From a virus (lineage: Duplodnaviria; Heunggongvirae; Uroviricota; Caudoviricetes), in IMG/VR virus record IMGVR_UViG_3300047476_001238, positions 15,712 through 79,711 of that record: a stretch of DNA of 64,000 bases. The stretch is one strand, 5' to 3'. The notes beneath the pieces were generated by a model. That model worked only from the letters and a program-made list of their open reading frames with translations. It ran no database searches and was not told the origin of the DNA. The translations under genes were made by a program, and so were the position numbers. Numbering within the stretch: the first letter of the stretch is position 1; the number at the start of each line of letters is the position of its first letter. This document shows, one piece after another, positions 28,073 to 36,758 of this stretch.

Positions 28073-28871
28073 AATGTTTGTTTATAAGTTCGTAGTATCT
28101 GTTTGCAAGGTATTCTTGACTGGCTTCGCTACCGTGATAGCCAGGATCTTCGCCTGCAAAGGGGTATGCATTAGTAGCGTATGCCGGAGTATCTTCGTAT
28201 CGTAAAGTAAAGCAACGGTCTGGAATAGCAGAAGGAAATGCTTCTCGAACAGTATTGCTGGTCCATATATTACAGGCTACCAATAAGAATGGTATATTGG
28301 CATGATGCAATCTAAAAACGCCATCACTGATCAACCATCTGTCTTGCTGTAGTTTCCAGTTGCTGTCGTAAAGAAAATTTACATACTGCTTGACTGCATC
28401 TTGTGTGTGACGGTCTAGCTTGGACGAGCGATAGTGATGATCGTAATTTTCAGCGAGGCTAAAGATAGTTTCTGAAATCATTCTGTACGGATTGTTGCCA
28501 AAATTGATATTGTCAACTCCGACCGCCGGGTCGTATCCTATGCCGTGATTCTCTTGCAGGTGTTTTTGCAGATCGCTGTTCCACCCTTTGTTTTCATTCT
28601 TGGGAGGAACATATGGTGCTGCACCTGCTGGTATTTCCATACGGTCATGAAATGTAGGAGCAACAATAGCAAAGTCTGGTCGCTGTCGAACAATCTCATC
28701 AATCATAACTCTAATGCCGCCATTGCTCATGCCTTGGCGAGCTAGATGTACTAGGTCCCAATCTAATTTAGCAGCCAGTTTTTCTCCCCAACTGGTACCT
28801 TTTAATTCAGGCCGAGTGCTAGGTGCGCTAAAACTGCACCCAGTGATCATTATTTTTTTTCTCATTGCCAA
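28062..28871 (-). CDS. SGNH/GDSL-hydrolase-like protein
   Basis: N-terminal IMITGCSFSA resembles the GDS(L) block I. Confidence is low. Confidence 0.4.
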   Translation of the reverse strand: MAMRKKIMITGCSFSAPSTRPELKGTSWGEKLAAKLDWDLVHLARQGMSNGGIRVMIDEIVRQRPDFAIVAPTFHDRMEIPAGAAPYVPPKNENKGWNSDLQKHLQENHGIGYDPAVGVDNINFGNNPYRMISETIFSLAENYDHHYRSSKLDRHTQDAVKQYVNFLYDSNWKLQQDRWLISDGVFRLHHANIPFLLVACNIWTSNTVREAFPSAIPDRCFTLRYEDTPAYATNAYPFAGEDPGYHGSEASQEYLANRYYELINKHYDR

Positions 28872-30316
28872 TCAGCCTTTTCAACTGTGAAAGGATAGTT
28901 AGCCTCTTTGTAAAAGGCTTTTCTTTTTGTTAAATGTCGTTTTGCGAACTTACAGGTGGATGTGATATCCCAGATTTGGACGAAGTCTTTGTCCTCAGCT
29001 TTGCGAATACCTCGACCAATGCTTTGTATAACTCTGACAAAAGATTTGCCAGGCTCAAGTAAAACAAGATTAAAAATGCGGGGAATATTGATACCAACAG
29101 CAGCAACGCCATAAGTGGCGATGATGATTTTGTCGGATACTTCGGCCACCTCATCATAGTGCTCTTTACGCTCCCCAGCTTTAGTGGCACCAGAAACAAA
29201 AACACTATTTGGCAATCTACTAGCTAACGCTCGGCCGGCACTTATTCTATCTACTAGAATAAGAGTATTTCCAGTATCAACAATTGTACTTATCAATTGT
29301 GCTATATAGTCCAGTCTTTCGCTGGTTTCTATTAGATATTTTAGCTCGCTTTGATAGTTTGTGTACTCTTTGTTATCCACTAGCTGCACAACATTAACAT
29401 GACATTGTGCTAGGTGCCCGGCTTCCTGTAGCTCGCTGGCGCTCAACTGTCCCACTACTGGACCCAGCATGCAGAAAATACTTTGTCTAGCATAATCTTC
29501 TTTGGGAATTGTGCCTGTGAGTCCCCAGCGAATAGGCACTTGAGCGAACGGACCCGACAATAATGTTTTAAGTGCATCGGCTTTGGCTTGATGTGTTTCG
29601 TCTACAATAACCGCAACTACACCTTCTAAGAATTCGCCAATAGTAATATCGGCTTCGTGATTTTTTGTGTTCTTGAGCAGATTGTTTAGGCTTTGCCAGG
29701 TACAGATAGTATGTGTTCTATTGTATTCTTTTCTGTCGCCAAAATACACACCCACATCCAATTGCATGTTAACAAAGTCATCTTCGGTCTGTGTGACCAA
29801 GCTCTTGTTGGGTACAATCACAATACTACGACCATATGCACTCACTCCGTCGGCCAAGGCCGCAGTGATTACAGTTTTACCTGCACCTGTTGCTACTTCT
29901 TGTACACACTGCGGATTGGCAAAGAATCTATTGATAATTTCGGGCTGATAGTCACGCATGACCATGGGCTCGCCAGCTTTGGGATGACCTTTAGGCCACT
30001 TGATATGGCTGTAGCTTTGTTCGTTAACTTCAGCAAATTCAAATGTGGTACGATACTCTCTTGCATCTTCAACTTCAATATCATAACCTTGTTCGTCCAA
30101 GTACGGAAGTATTTCGGGCAGCAAATTGATATAAGTGGTTCCGCCAAGATTGAAGAACGGTACCTTGCCGTCCCAACGGCCAAGACGAACGCTAGGTTGA
30201 TACCTAGCGCCGGGTATTTCGTATTTGTATTTTTTAACTAGAGCTGTTCGAGTGTTTAACTCTAGCCCTTCAATTTTTACATTGACTTCGTCGCGGATTA
30301 TTAGTTTGGCTTGCAT
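28862..30316 (-). CDS. uvsW: UvsW-type SF2 DNA helicase
   Basis: ATGAGKT Walker A, VDETH (DExH) and the helicase C motifs QSIGRGIR. Size is about 480 aa. Confidence 0.82.
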   Translation of the reverse strand: MQAKLIIRDEVNVKIEGLELNTRTALVKKYKYEIPGARYQPSVRLGRWDGKVPFFNLGGTTYINLLPEILPYLDEQGYDIEVEDAREYRTTFEFAEVNEQSYSHIKWPKGHPKAGEPMVMRDYQPEIINRFFANPQCVQEVATGAGKTVITAALADGVSAYGRSIVIVPNKSLVTQTEDDFVNMQLDVGVYFGDRKEYNRTHTICTWQSLNNLLKNTKNHEADITIGEFLEGVVAVIVDETHQAKADALKTLLSGPFAQVPIRWGLTGTIPKEDYARQSIFCMLGPVVGQLSASELQEAGHLAQCHVNVVQLVDNKEYTNYQSELKYLIETSERLDYIAQLISTIVDTGNTLILVDRISAGRALASRLPNSVFVSGATKAGERKEHYDEVAEVSDKIIIATYGVAAVGINIPRIFNLVLLEPGKSFVRVIQSIGRGIRKAEDKDFVQIWDITSTCKFAKRHLTKRKAFYKEANYPFTVEKADWQ

Positions 30317-31476
30317 TAACTTGGTTTAGTTTTTTTATTATTATAAACTTCTGTTGCGAAGTACACAACCTTTTCGGCTCGTTGCAGCAACAAAGTTTTT
30401 TCCCCGCCATGCATCATGCCTTGTCCACTAACAAGCAAAGGAATAGGTTGATCCCATGCGGTCATATACTTATTAAAGTAAATTACTTTTTTATGCACAG
30501 TGGGAATCTCTTTTTTAAGATCTTTGGCTTGATAAATGTCGTCGGGATCAAAGTACCGTGATACAAAATTTTTGTAGAGACGTCCGCTTAGATCCGGCTC
30601 GTATACATATATCGGAAATCGTCCAGTGACCTGAGCATAATCAATCAAGTCTGTGTAAATGCTGTCATCGCTGTCAGGTCTAAACTTGGATTCTTGGGCT
30701 GTCATTAAATTACAAATTCTAGCATTGTGCCGTGTTGCTGTATCATCCAAGATTGATTGATCTACGGTGTATCCATATATGGCAGAATTATCAACTAGTG
30801 TATCAACATTGCTGGAATCAAACCCGCAGTAATTGCGGATGGCATCAATTAAACTGCTTGATGCGTTTTGTATTTCGAGACCTGCTTCTGTCTTAATCAG
30901 TTTGATTGCATAAGGAGTTTGTTCACAGCGAACAACTTCTTGTAAGAGAGATAAGAATTCTTCACCAATTTCAAATTCGTGATTTGCGGCAAATCCGTTT
31001 GCTGCCACAACATTGACCTCGGTGATAGCCAAGCGCCAAGCTCGAGCATTGCTGTCAAATGCCCAAGTGCCTTGACTGATCTTGGCAAGGTCTCGCAAGT
31101 CATCAATCAGTTTTGTATCATACGGAAACTTTAAAACGATATGATCGTTTTCAACATACAGCAGCTTCCTACGATCAATTGTTCGTATGCCGTGTCTGTA
31201 TTGCGGAGTTCGTATTGGATCAATACTGATCTCTAATTTTTCCAACTGCTTTTGATACTTTTGTATTATCTTTACTGCCAACTCGGCTTGTCGATCAGTC
31301 AATGCCCGACCGCTTTGTGTAGCTGCGCTCATACTGGCCAACACTTGCACATCGTATCGAGCCAAACTAACAATTGGTTGAGTGCTATCAAACAGTCCGT
31401 AAATTTTACCCGTGTTCGGATCACGGTCGCCGTTGATAACTTCTAGATAATCTTCAACATAGGTAAATGTTTTCAT
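30316..31476 (-). CDS. hypothetical protein (about 386 aa)
   Basis: Start set at MKTF because a perfect TTGACT-N17-TATAAT promoter lies within the longer ORF extension. Confidence 0.5.
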   Translation of the reverse strand: MKTFTYVEDYLEVINGDRDPNTGKIYGLFDSTQPIVSLARYDVQVLASMSAATQSGRALTDRQAELAVKIIQKYQKQLEKLEISIDPIRTPQYRHGIRTIDRRKLLYVENDHIVLKFPYDTKLIDDLRDLAKISQGTWAFDSNARAWRLAITEVNVVAANGFAANHEFEIGEEFLSLLQEVVRCEQTPYAIKLIKTEAGLEIQNASSSLIDAIRNYCGFDSSNVDTLVDNSAIYGYTVDQSILDDTATRHNARICNLMTAQESKFRPDSDDSIYTDLIDYAQVTGRFPIYVYEPDLSGRLYKNFVSRYFDPDDIYQAKDLKKEIPTVHKKVIYFNKYMTAWDQPIPLLVSGQGMMHGGEKTLLLQRAEKVVYFATEVYNNKKTKPS

Positions 31477-31482
31477 AAGAAT

Positions 31483-31511
31483 ATTATAGCATATAACAAA
31501 ATCAAAGTCAA
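31483..31511 (-). promoter_or_regulatory. sigma70-like early promoter (TTGACT-N17-TATAAT), leaderless-type
   Basis: Read directly from the sequence. The -10 ends 6 nt before the ATG at 31476. Confidence 0.6.
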
Positions 31512-31580
31512 AAAAATGCCCCACCGAAGCAGGGCAAAGAACCGAAGTAAAAGGAGCTAACAAAAACTTCGGGTAAAACC

Positions 31581-32384
31581 TTATTTGTTTAACATTAGGC
31601 CAGTGAAGTTGCTAGGAACCACAATGGTCTGCACTCGTCCACTCTTGATACCTTCACTGATATTGAGCATGGCCTGTGCCTGCATAAACGCAATTGAACT
31701 AGAACTGTTGTTGGCCAGTGCTGCCATACGGCGTGATTCGGCTTCAGCAGTTTTAACTTCAACTTCTTTCTGCTTGAGTTCGTTCTTGGCACGAACAAGA
31801 GCGTTGGCACTTTCAACTACACTGTCAGCTGGCACAACATTACGGATCAGGACCTGGCTGATAGTAATCGAACCGTCAAGTTTTTCGTCGGCAAGATTCT
31901 TTTGAATTTCTTCTTGGATAAACTTTTCCATATCCGAACGGTTGTCTGCCATGTCCAGTGCTTCATACTTACGTGCAGCCTTGTAAATAGCATTACGGGC
32001 ATTTTGCACAACATAATTGTACATCACATAAGTGTCGCCACGGAACTCAGCATGAAAGGCCTTGTTCTTGGTCGAATACAGTTCTGCTACACTCTGAGGA
32101 TTAATATTATAAACGACCACGGCATCAAGGTCCTTCATGGTACTGTTGTCTTTGGCTACCGGAGTCATGTTCTCTAGCACCACGTTGACATCTTTGATTG
32201 GGAATGTGAGCACATCGCCAATAATGGTTTGATTAAAACTACCTGGCAGTAGTTCGCCTTGTTGGATCTGCTTATCAAAGCCAATACGCACACCAACTTC
32301 GCCGGTTTCAACACGAGTACACCCGGTACTCATAACAGCAGCAGCAACAAGAGTAAGAACAGAAAGACTAGCAATACGTTTCAT
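31581..32384 (-). CDS. SPFH/band-7 (stomatin/prohibitin-like) lipoprotein
   Basis: Signal peptide with lipobox MKRIASLSVLTLVAAAVMSTGC and an SPFH-like core with a C-terminal Ala/Glu coiled segment. AAGGAA RBS upstream. Confidence 0.7.
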   Translation of the reverse strand: MKRIASLSVLTLVAAAVMSTGCTRVETGEVGVRIGFDKQIQQGELLPGSFNQTIIGDVLTFPIKDVNVVLENMTPVAKDNSTMKDLDAVVVYNINPQSVAELYSTKNKAFHAEFRGDTYVMYNYVVQNARNAIYKAARKYEALDMADNRSDMEKFIQEEIQKNLADEKLDGSITISQVLIRNVVPADSVVESANALVRAKNELKQKEVEVKTAEAESRRMAALANNSSSSIAFMQAQAMLNISEGIKSGRVQTIVVPSNFTGLMLNK

Positions 32385-32495
32385 TTTATTTCCTTTTAAA
32401 AAACTGTTATCGAGCAACTAGTATTATTACTGCTAATCCAAATGCCAGCAAAGGGTGCCCGGCGAATATCAGGAATAATACTACCAACCAGGCCA

Positions 32496-33524
32496 TTATG
32501 CACTCTTCATGCAAGTGCTTTGTGCCAGTGCCTGCCACTTGGTAGGAAAGCTCTTGTACAGCTGACCAATCTTGATTGCCATACGCAGGCTCATCTCACG
32601 CAAGCGATTCTTGTTGGTATCCATAAACGAGATGATCTCGTCTTGTGCAACTTCGCTGAGTTCAAGATCACTGAACAGTTCGCCACTACGTGCAATTTGC
32701 TTGATACGCAGAACCTTGTCACGCATGGTGTCCAGTGTAAGATCCAGATAGTGGCAGCGTGACTGCAAGGCATCCAGGTGATCCTTGAGCTTCTGGCTCT
32801 TGAGCTTGTCAAACTTGAGGTTGGTAATAAAGATAACCGAACCTTGGAAGTTGAAGCTGTCCGGAATGCCTTCGCTGCGAAGGATACGACTGTCACTCAG
32901 CCACGAAATCTTACGCTTCTTGCCTGAGTCCAGGGCACCTTTCAGCAAGTTCAGTGCAACATCGTCCAGCAGGATTGAATCGCAGTCGTCAAACACAATC
33001 ACGCAGTTTGGATCCGAGTACTTGTACAAGGTTTGATACAAGCCAATAGCACTTGCCGAACCTTTAACTACCTCGGCACGAAGACGTCGGCCAGCAATTT
33101 GATCCAGCAGTGTGGCCTTTTCGATTTCAAGCTCAACACCATAGCTCTTGCCCACGCCAGGAGGACCCGACACAATCATGGCACGGATGTCACCGTTAGT
33201 AGCAGCCTTGGTCATCTCATGCAGGATTTCAAAACGCTCGGCAATCTCAGCCATGCGTTCTTCGTCGGTCTGTTGGCTAGCAACTTCTGCTTGGATGCAT
33301 TCTGGAATTGACACATCGCCTTCGGCGACAAATTCATAATCACTCATGTTGTTTACTTTGACACGGATGTCTTCAGGAAATCCAGGAAACTGACCACCAT
33401 TCTTGACAGTGACATAACCACCTTTGGCGCCACTACGGAATTGGTCTACCAATTGAAATACACGACCGGATACATCCGTGGTACGGTAGGCACCGGCTTT
33501 GATACGAACAAATGCGTTAGACAT
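32496..33524 (-). CDS. AAA+ ATPase (MoxR/CobS-like)
   Basis: Walker A GPPGVGKS, Walker B VIVFDDCD, and an about 100 aa N-terminal extension. Confidence 0.7.
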   Translation of the reverse strand: MSNAFVRIKAGAYRTTDVSGRVFQLVDQFRSGAKGGYVTVKNGGQFPGFPEDIRVKVNNMSDYEFVAEGDVSIPECIQAEVASQQTDEERMAEIAERFEILHEMTKAATNGDIRAMIVSGPPGVGKSYGVELEIEKATLLDQIAGRRLRAEVVKGSASAIGLYQTLYKYSDPNCVIVFDDCDSILLDDVALNLLKGALDSGKKRKISWLSDSRILRSEGIPDSFNFQGSVIFITNLKFDKLKSQKLKDHLDALQSRCHYLDLTLDTMRDKVLRIKQIARSGELFSDLELSEVAQDEIISFMDTNKNRLREMSLRMAIKIGQLYKSFPTKWQALAQSTCMKSA

Positions 33525-33569
33525 ACAAGCTCCTTGTTATAAAGTTGAAGTATTTTTGTTATTTTTAAT

Positions 33570-33598
33570 ATTATACAATAATGCCCAATTATGGTCAA
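33570..33598 (-). promoter_or_regulatory. sigma70-like early promoter TTGACC-N17-TATAAT for the AAA+ ATPase gene
   Basis: Exact hexamers. A GGAG RBS lies 5 nt before the ATG. Confidence 0.6.
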
Positions 33599-33601
33599 CT
33601 A

Positions 33602-33952
33602 TTACTTGACGAGCGCATACGGCGCATTCCATTTACCAACATGAACATTGATATAGTGTGAACAATGAAAGTAATCGGTTTGTGCATCCGAATGATCAAA
33701 ATAATCAGGGCCGTACATGGCCGGGATAACTTCGCTCAAGAATTCTTTAGCGCGGCCAGTAAAGTGTTCATGGTACCAGTACGGATTAATTTGGACATAG
33801 TCGCCACCAAAGTCAATGTCGCCTTGCTTGATAGTCAGCACCAGGGTGCTATGGTTATGGACAGAAAGAAAAGCCTTGACGTTGTATTTTTTGCAAATTG
33901 CCTTGATAGTAGGTGCCAGTTTTGCTTTGTGTTCTTGACTCATGTAAGCCAT
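33602..33952 (-). CDS. hypothetical protein (116 aa)
   Basis: Preceded by an early promoter at 33985-34013. Confidence 0.5.
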   Translation of the reverse strand: MAYMSQEHKAKLAPTIKAICKKYNVKAFLSVHNHSTLVLTIKQGDIDFGGDYVQINPYWYHEHFTGRAKEFLSEVIPAMYGPDYFDHSDAQTDYFHCSHYINVHVGKWNAPYALVK

Positions 33953-33984
33953 TTGTCGCGCTCCTTATTAATTACTATATCAAT

Positions 33985-34013
33985 ATTATAGCAAAATGGT
34001 GAATTATGGTCTA
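33985..34013 (-). promoter_or_regulatory. early promoter (TAGACC-N17-TGcTATAAT, extended -10)
   Basis: Member of the repeated CCATTTTGYTAYAAT promoter family. Confidence 0.5.
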
Positions 34014-34048
34014 CCAAAAAAAGTGTTGCTAAAAAGCAACACTTTTGT
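34014..34048. terminator. bidirectional rho-independent terminator (GTGTTGC-loop-GCAACAC)
   Basis: 7 bp perfect stem flanked by an A-run and a T-run. Confidence 0.6.
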
Positions 34049-34054
34049 TAACAA

Positions 34055-34240
34055 TTATGCAACTCGGGTATAACTTGCGCGGTAGAAACATTCGCTATCA
34101 CCGTCCGCATATTCCTCGCAGAACTTTTTAGCTTCAGCTTCGGTTGTAAAGAACTTCTCTCCCATCGGGCGTTGTCCCCAACCACGCTCATATTCAGTCA
34201 TTGTCACTTTGTAAAGGGTACCAACTTGGACTTCGGGCAT
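34055..34240 (-). CDS. hypothetical protein (61 aa)
   Basis: Small ORF followed by the terminator. Confidence 0.35.
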   Translation of the reverse strand: MPEVQVGTLYKVTMTEYERGWGQRPMGEKFFTTEAEAKKFCEEYADGDSECFYRASYTRVA

Positions 34241-34313
34241 TTTGTTCTCCTTTCTATCTACTGTAATTACAGTATAAAGGAAACAGTCTTTTTGGACAAC
34301 CGTTGCTTTTTTG

Positions 34314-34577
34314 TTAATCTTTTAGAGCATGCCAAACTTCGGGATCCATACCCAGGTAAATGCGGTACAGCAACTTATTACGCCAAACGCTAAAGCCATT
34401 GATTTTGTTTTCGAACCAAATTAATAAGTCGTCTCTGAACCACAAAGGATTCAACAAGAACACGCAGAGCAGAATAAAAATAGGCAGGAACATTACAGCA
34501 AGGATGCTCCAATGTGTGAAACGCATCCTCCACCAGTTCCCGCCTTCGGGGGTCATTGATACAGTTTGTTTTTTCAT
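34314..34577 (-). CDS. hypothetical membrane protein (87 aa)
   Basis: Two hydrophobic helices. Confidence 0.4.
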   Translation of the reverse strand: MKKQTVSMTPEGGNWWRMRFTHWSILAVMFLPIFILLCVFLLNPLWFRDDLLIWFENKINGFSVWRNKLLYRIYLGMDPEVWHALKD

Positions 34578-34776
34578 AGATTAATTGTAGTTTCTATGAA
34601 AAAATTTGTCAAGCAATTTCTCGTGGAGCGTACAGATTAGCTCGCTGCCAGTTCCACAGATCTTTAATCTCGTTAAAGACTGGGCCAAACAAGTAGCCGG
34701 TTTCGACTACACAGGTCTGCCAACCACCGATAACACTTTTGCATTGGATATTCATGAGCTTGTCCTTATAATCGTA

Positions 34777-35022
34777 TCAATCAGCGATCAAAATTTTGAA
34801 CATTTTGAGACTGGCGTTGTCTCCGGGAATTTGCACTCGGGTTGCAAACTTGACTCCGTCCTGCACCGGAATCTCCAGCGTGAGCCAAGTATTCAAAAAA
34901 CCAGGCCGGGCAGTAGGAGCAACTTTGATATTGCGAACCACAGCATCACGGCGGCCTGCGGCACTTGTGTATTGAATTTTGGTACCAATTGCTAGTTCCA
35001 TCATCTGCTCCTTGTTATTCAC
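34777..35022 (-). CDS. hypothetical protein (81 aa)
   Basis: Preceded by an early promoter at 35032-35060. Confidence 0.4.
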   Translation of the reverse strand: MNNKEQMMELAIGTKIQYTSAAGRRDAVVRNIKVAPTARPGFLNTWLTLEIPVQDGVKFATRVQIPGDNASLKMFKILIAD

Positions 35023-35031
35023 TATACCAAT

Positions 35032-35060
35032 AGTATAACAAAATGGATCTTTACGAACAA
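35032..35060 (-). promoter_or_regulatory. early promoter (TTGTTC-N17-TGtTATACT)
   Basis: Same conserved spacer GATCCATTTTG as neighbouring promoters. Confidence 0.45.
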
Positions 35061-35066
35061 CCGTTT

Positions 35067-35249
35067 TTAGGCGGCTTTGAGAAGAAAAATGTTGCTTGTT
35101 TGCAAACTTGCTTCAAGTTTTGAACGATCAAGAGCAAACATGATTGCTAGATCTTTAATTGCAAATTCAGCAACTATTTGATTCTTGTATTCTACACGAT
35201 AAAGAGTTGCAATTTTATTAACTGTTGCACCTGTCCCAAATTGGCCCAT
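35067..35249 (-). CDS. hypothetical protein (60 aa)
   Basis: Small ORF downstream of the promoter at 35280-35308. Confidence 0.35.
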   Translation of the reverse strand: MGQFGTGATVNKIATLYRVEYKNQIVAEFAIKDLAIMFALDRSKLEASLQTSNIFLLKAA

Positions 35250-35279
35250 TGCTGACTCCTTATTAATTACTATACCTAT

Positions 35280-35308
35280 ATTGTAGCAAAATGGATCTTT
35301 TTGGTCAA
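35280..35308 (-). promoter_or_regulatory. early promoter (TTGACC-N17-TGcTACAAT)
   Basis: Exact -35 and an extended -10. Confidence 0.55.
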
Positions 35309-35461
35309 CTGTTGCTTATTTGTTAACTTTACGACTGAACCGCCATATGGGTCCAATTTCAGGATGCCCGCGGTCGCCGCCTACTGCTATTTGTGCATCA
35401 AGTGGCGCACCATAACTGTAGTAATTCACATAATCGGCGATTTTTCTATTGCTGGTGCGAA

Positions 35462-35938
35462 TTAAACATAGTCCCGCGTCGTTGGTGACCATGTATTGTA
35501 CCATTCCAAGTTCGTCGCGGTCAATGAAGAGCATACCATATTTATAGCTCTATCAATTTGGTCCGTGGGTACACCGTTTTCTTGATAACCTTCAGTGACC
35601 ATTTCCAAATAACCGGAGCCCGGCTCTTGTACATAACTTTGGTCGTTCATTTGATATACCAAAGCTTTTACAGTTTGATCGCCGGTATGCACTCGAACTT
35701 TGAAACGAGTATAGTAGTAGGGATAGCCTTCAAGGGCATCAAGTGCTCGTAAATCCCGATCAGTCAATTCCCAAAGAACTCCATAGCAGATTGAGCCCGG
35801 AGACTTTTCAACGTCAGCATGAGTTCTAAATTTAAACTCATAATCGTTGATCCAGGCAGGACCCAGGCAAACAGCCGTCGGACAACGACTTCGCATTTGC
35901 TCCAAGTTGGTATTCATTCCGTATGCAAAATATTTCAT
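35462..35938 (-). CDS. gamma-glutamyl cyclotransferase (GGCT/AIG2)-like protein
   Basis: N-terminal YFAYGMNTN matches the GGCT-family YFAYGSNM motif. Promoter TTGACA-N17-TACACT at 35948-35976. Confidence 0.65.
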   Translation of the reverse strand: MKYFAYGMNTNLEQMRSRCPTAVCLGPAWINDYEFKFRTHADVEKSPGSICYGVLWELTDRDLRALDALEGYPYYYTRFKVRVHTGDQTVKALVYQMNDQSYVQEPGSGYLEMVTEGYQENGVPTDQIDRAINMVCSSLTATNLEWYNTWSPTTRDYV

Positions 35939-35972
35939 AATACGCCAAGTGTATAAGAAATATTCTTAATTG

Positions 35973-36758
35973 TCAACCACCAAAAGTTTGTTGCAATTTT
36001 GTTAAGTCTGCACAAGTATAGGTTTGGTAGCTATACTCCAGGTGCTTGGGAAACGGAATTTGTTCAATTAAGGCACCGTATTGATTGGCTTTTTCTTGAG
36101 CGACATCTAGGAACGATCGTGTTTGGCCTGTTCCAATATTCCATACACCACTTTCTTCGATGTCACAATTTATAAATTGAAATTGTACGCCTAGCACTTG
36201 GTCCACAGGAACAAAGTCTCTTTTAAAATTTTCGCTTCCTTCAAACACTTTTATAATTCCAGTGGATTGTGCCTGAACAGCAAATTGATACTGAGGGCTA
36301 GCTTGTGTTCCTTTGTGCATTTCGTTTGCACCATACACATTAAAGTATCTAAATCCTTGGCACCGAACATGCGTCGGATTCTTTTCAACATAGTGTTCGA
36401 ATAGATATTTTGACCACGCATACGGGCTGCGAGGATCCACGGGTGCGGATTCTCTAAAATCTGTGCCAAGGCCATACACGCTCGCTGAGCTTGACCATTG
36501 AAGATTAACATCATGTTTCCTACATTCCTCGTATAACCAAATAGAGAAGTCTACATTTTGGCGCATGACTTTGGCAACATCACGTTCTGTAGTGCTACTA
36601 ATAGCACCAAAATGAAATACCCAATCCAGGCCTTCAATTCTAGGTAGAACACGCTCATCCCACTCGTATGTGTAGATTTCATGGACTCCCATCTTTTGCC
36701 AAAAACTTACAGCATGACTGCCGATGAAGCCTCTACTTCCTGTTATTAATATTTTCAA
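35973..36758 (-). CDS. hldD: ADP-L-glycero-D-manno-heptose 6-epimerase
   Basis: Colinear with E. coli HldD/RfaD: ITGSRGFIGSH, SSSASVYG, YAWSK, FRYFNVYG...KVFEGSENFKRDFV. Confidence 0.85.
   Translation of the reverse strand: MKILITGSRGFIGSHAVSFWQKMGVHEIYTYEWDERVLPRIEGLDWVFHFGAISSTTERDVAKVMRQNVDFSIWLYEECRKHDVNLQWSSSASVYGLGTDFRESAPVDPRSPYAWSKYLFEHYVEKNPTHVRCQGFRYFNVYGANEMHKGTQASPQYQFAVQAQSTGIIKVFEGSENFKRDFVPVDQVLGVQFQFINCDIEESGVWNIGTGQTRSFLDVAQEKANQYGALIEQIPFPKHLEYSYQTYTCADLTKLQQTFGG

Noticed and set aside
31477-31563. N-terminal extension (MLAPFTSVLC...) of the 415-aa ORF
   Set aside because: The extension runs through a perfect TTGACT-N17-TATAAT promoter. The start was moved to the downstream ATG at 31476.
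32418-32495. GC-rich imperfect inverted repeat (GCCAGCAAAGGGTGCCCGGC) as a terminator after the AAA+ ATPase gene
   Set aside because: Stem pairing is imperfect (mismatches) and no T-run follows on the coding strand. Too weak to annotate.
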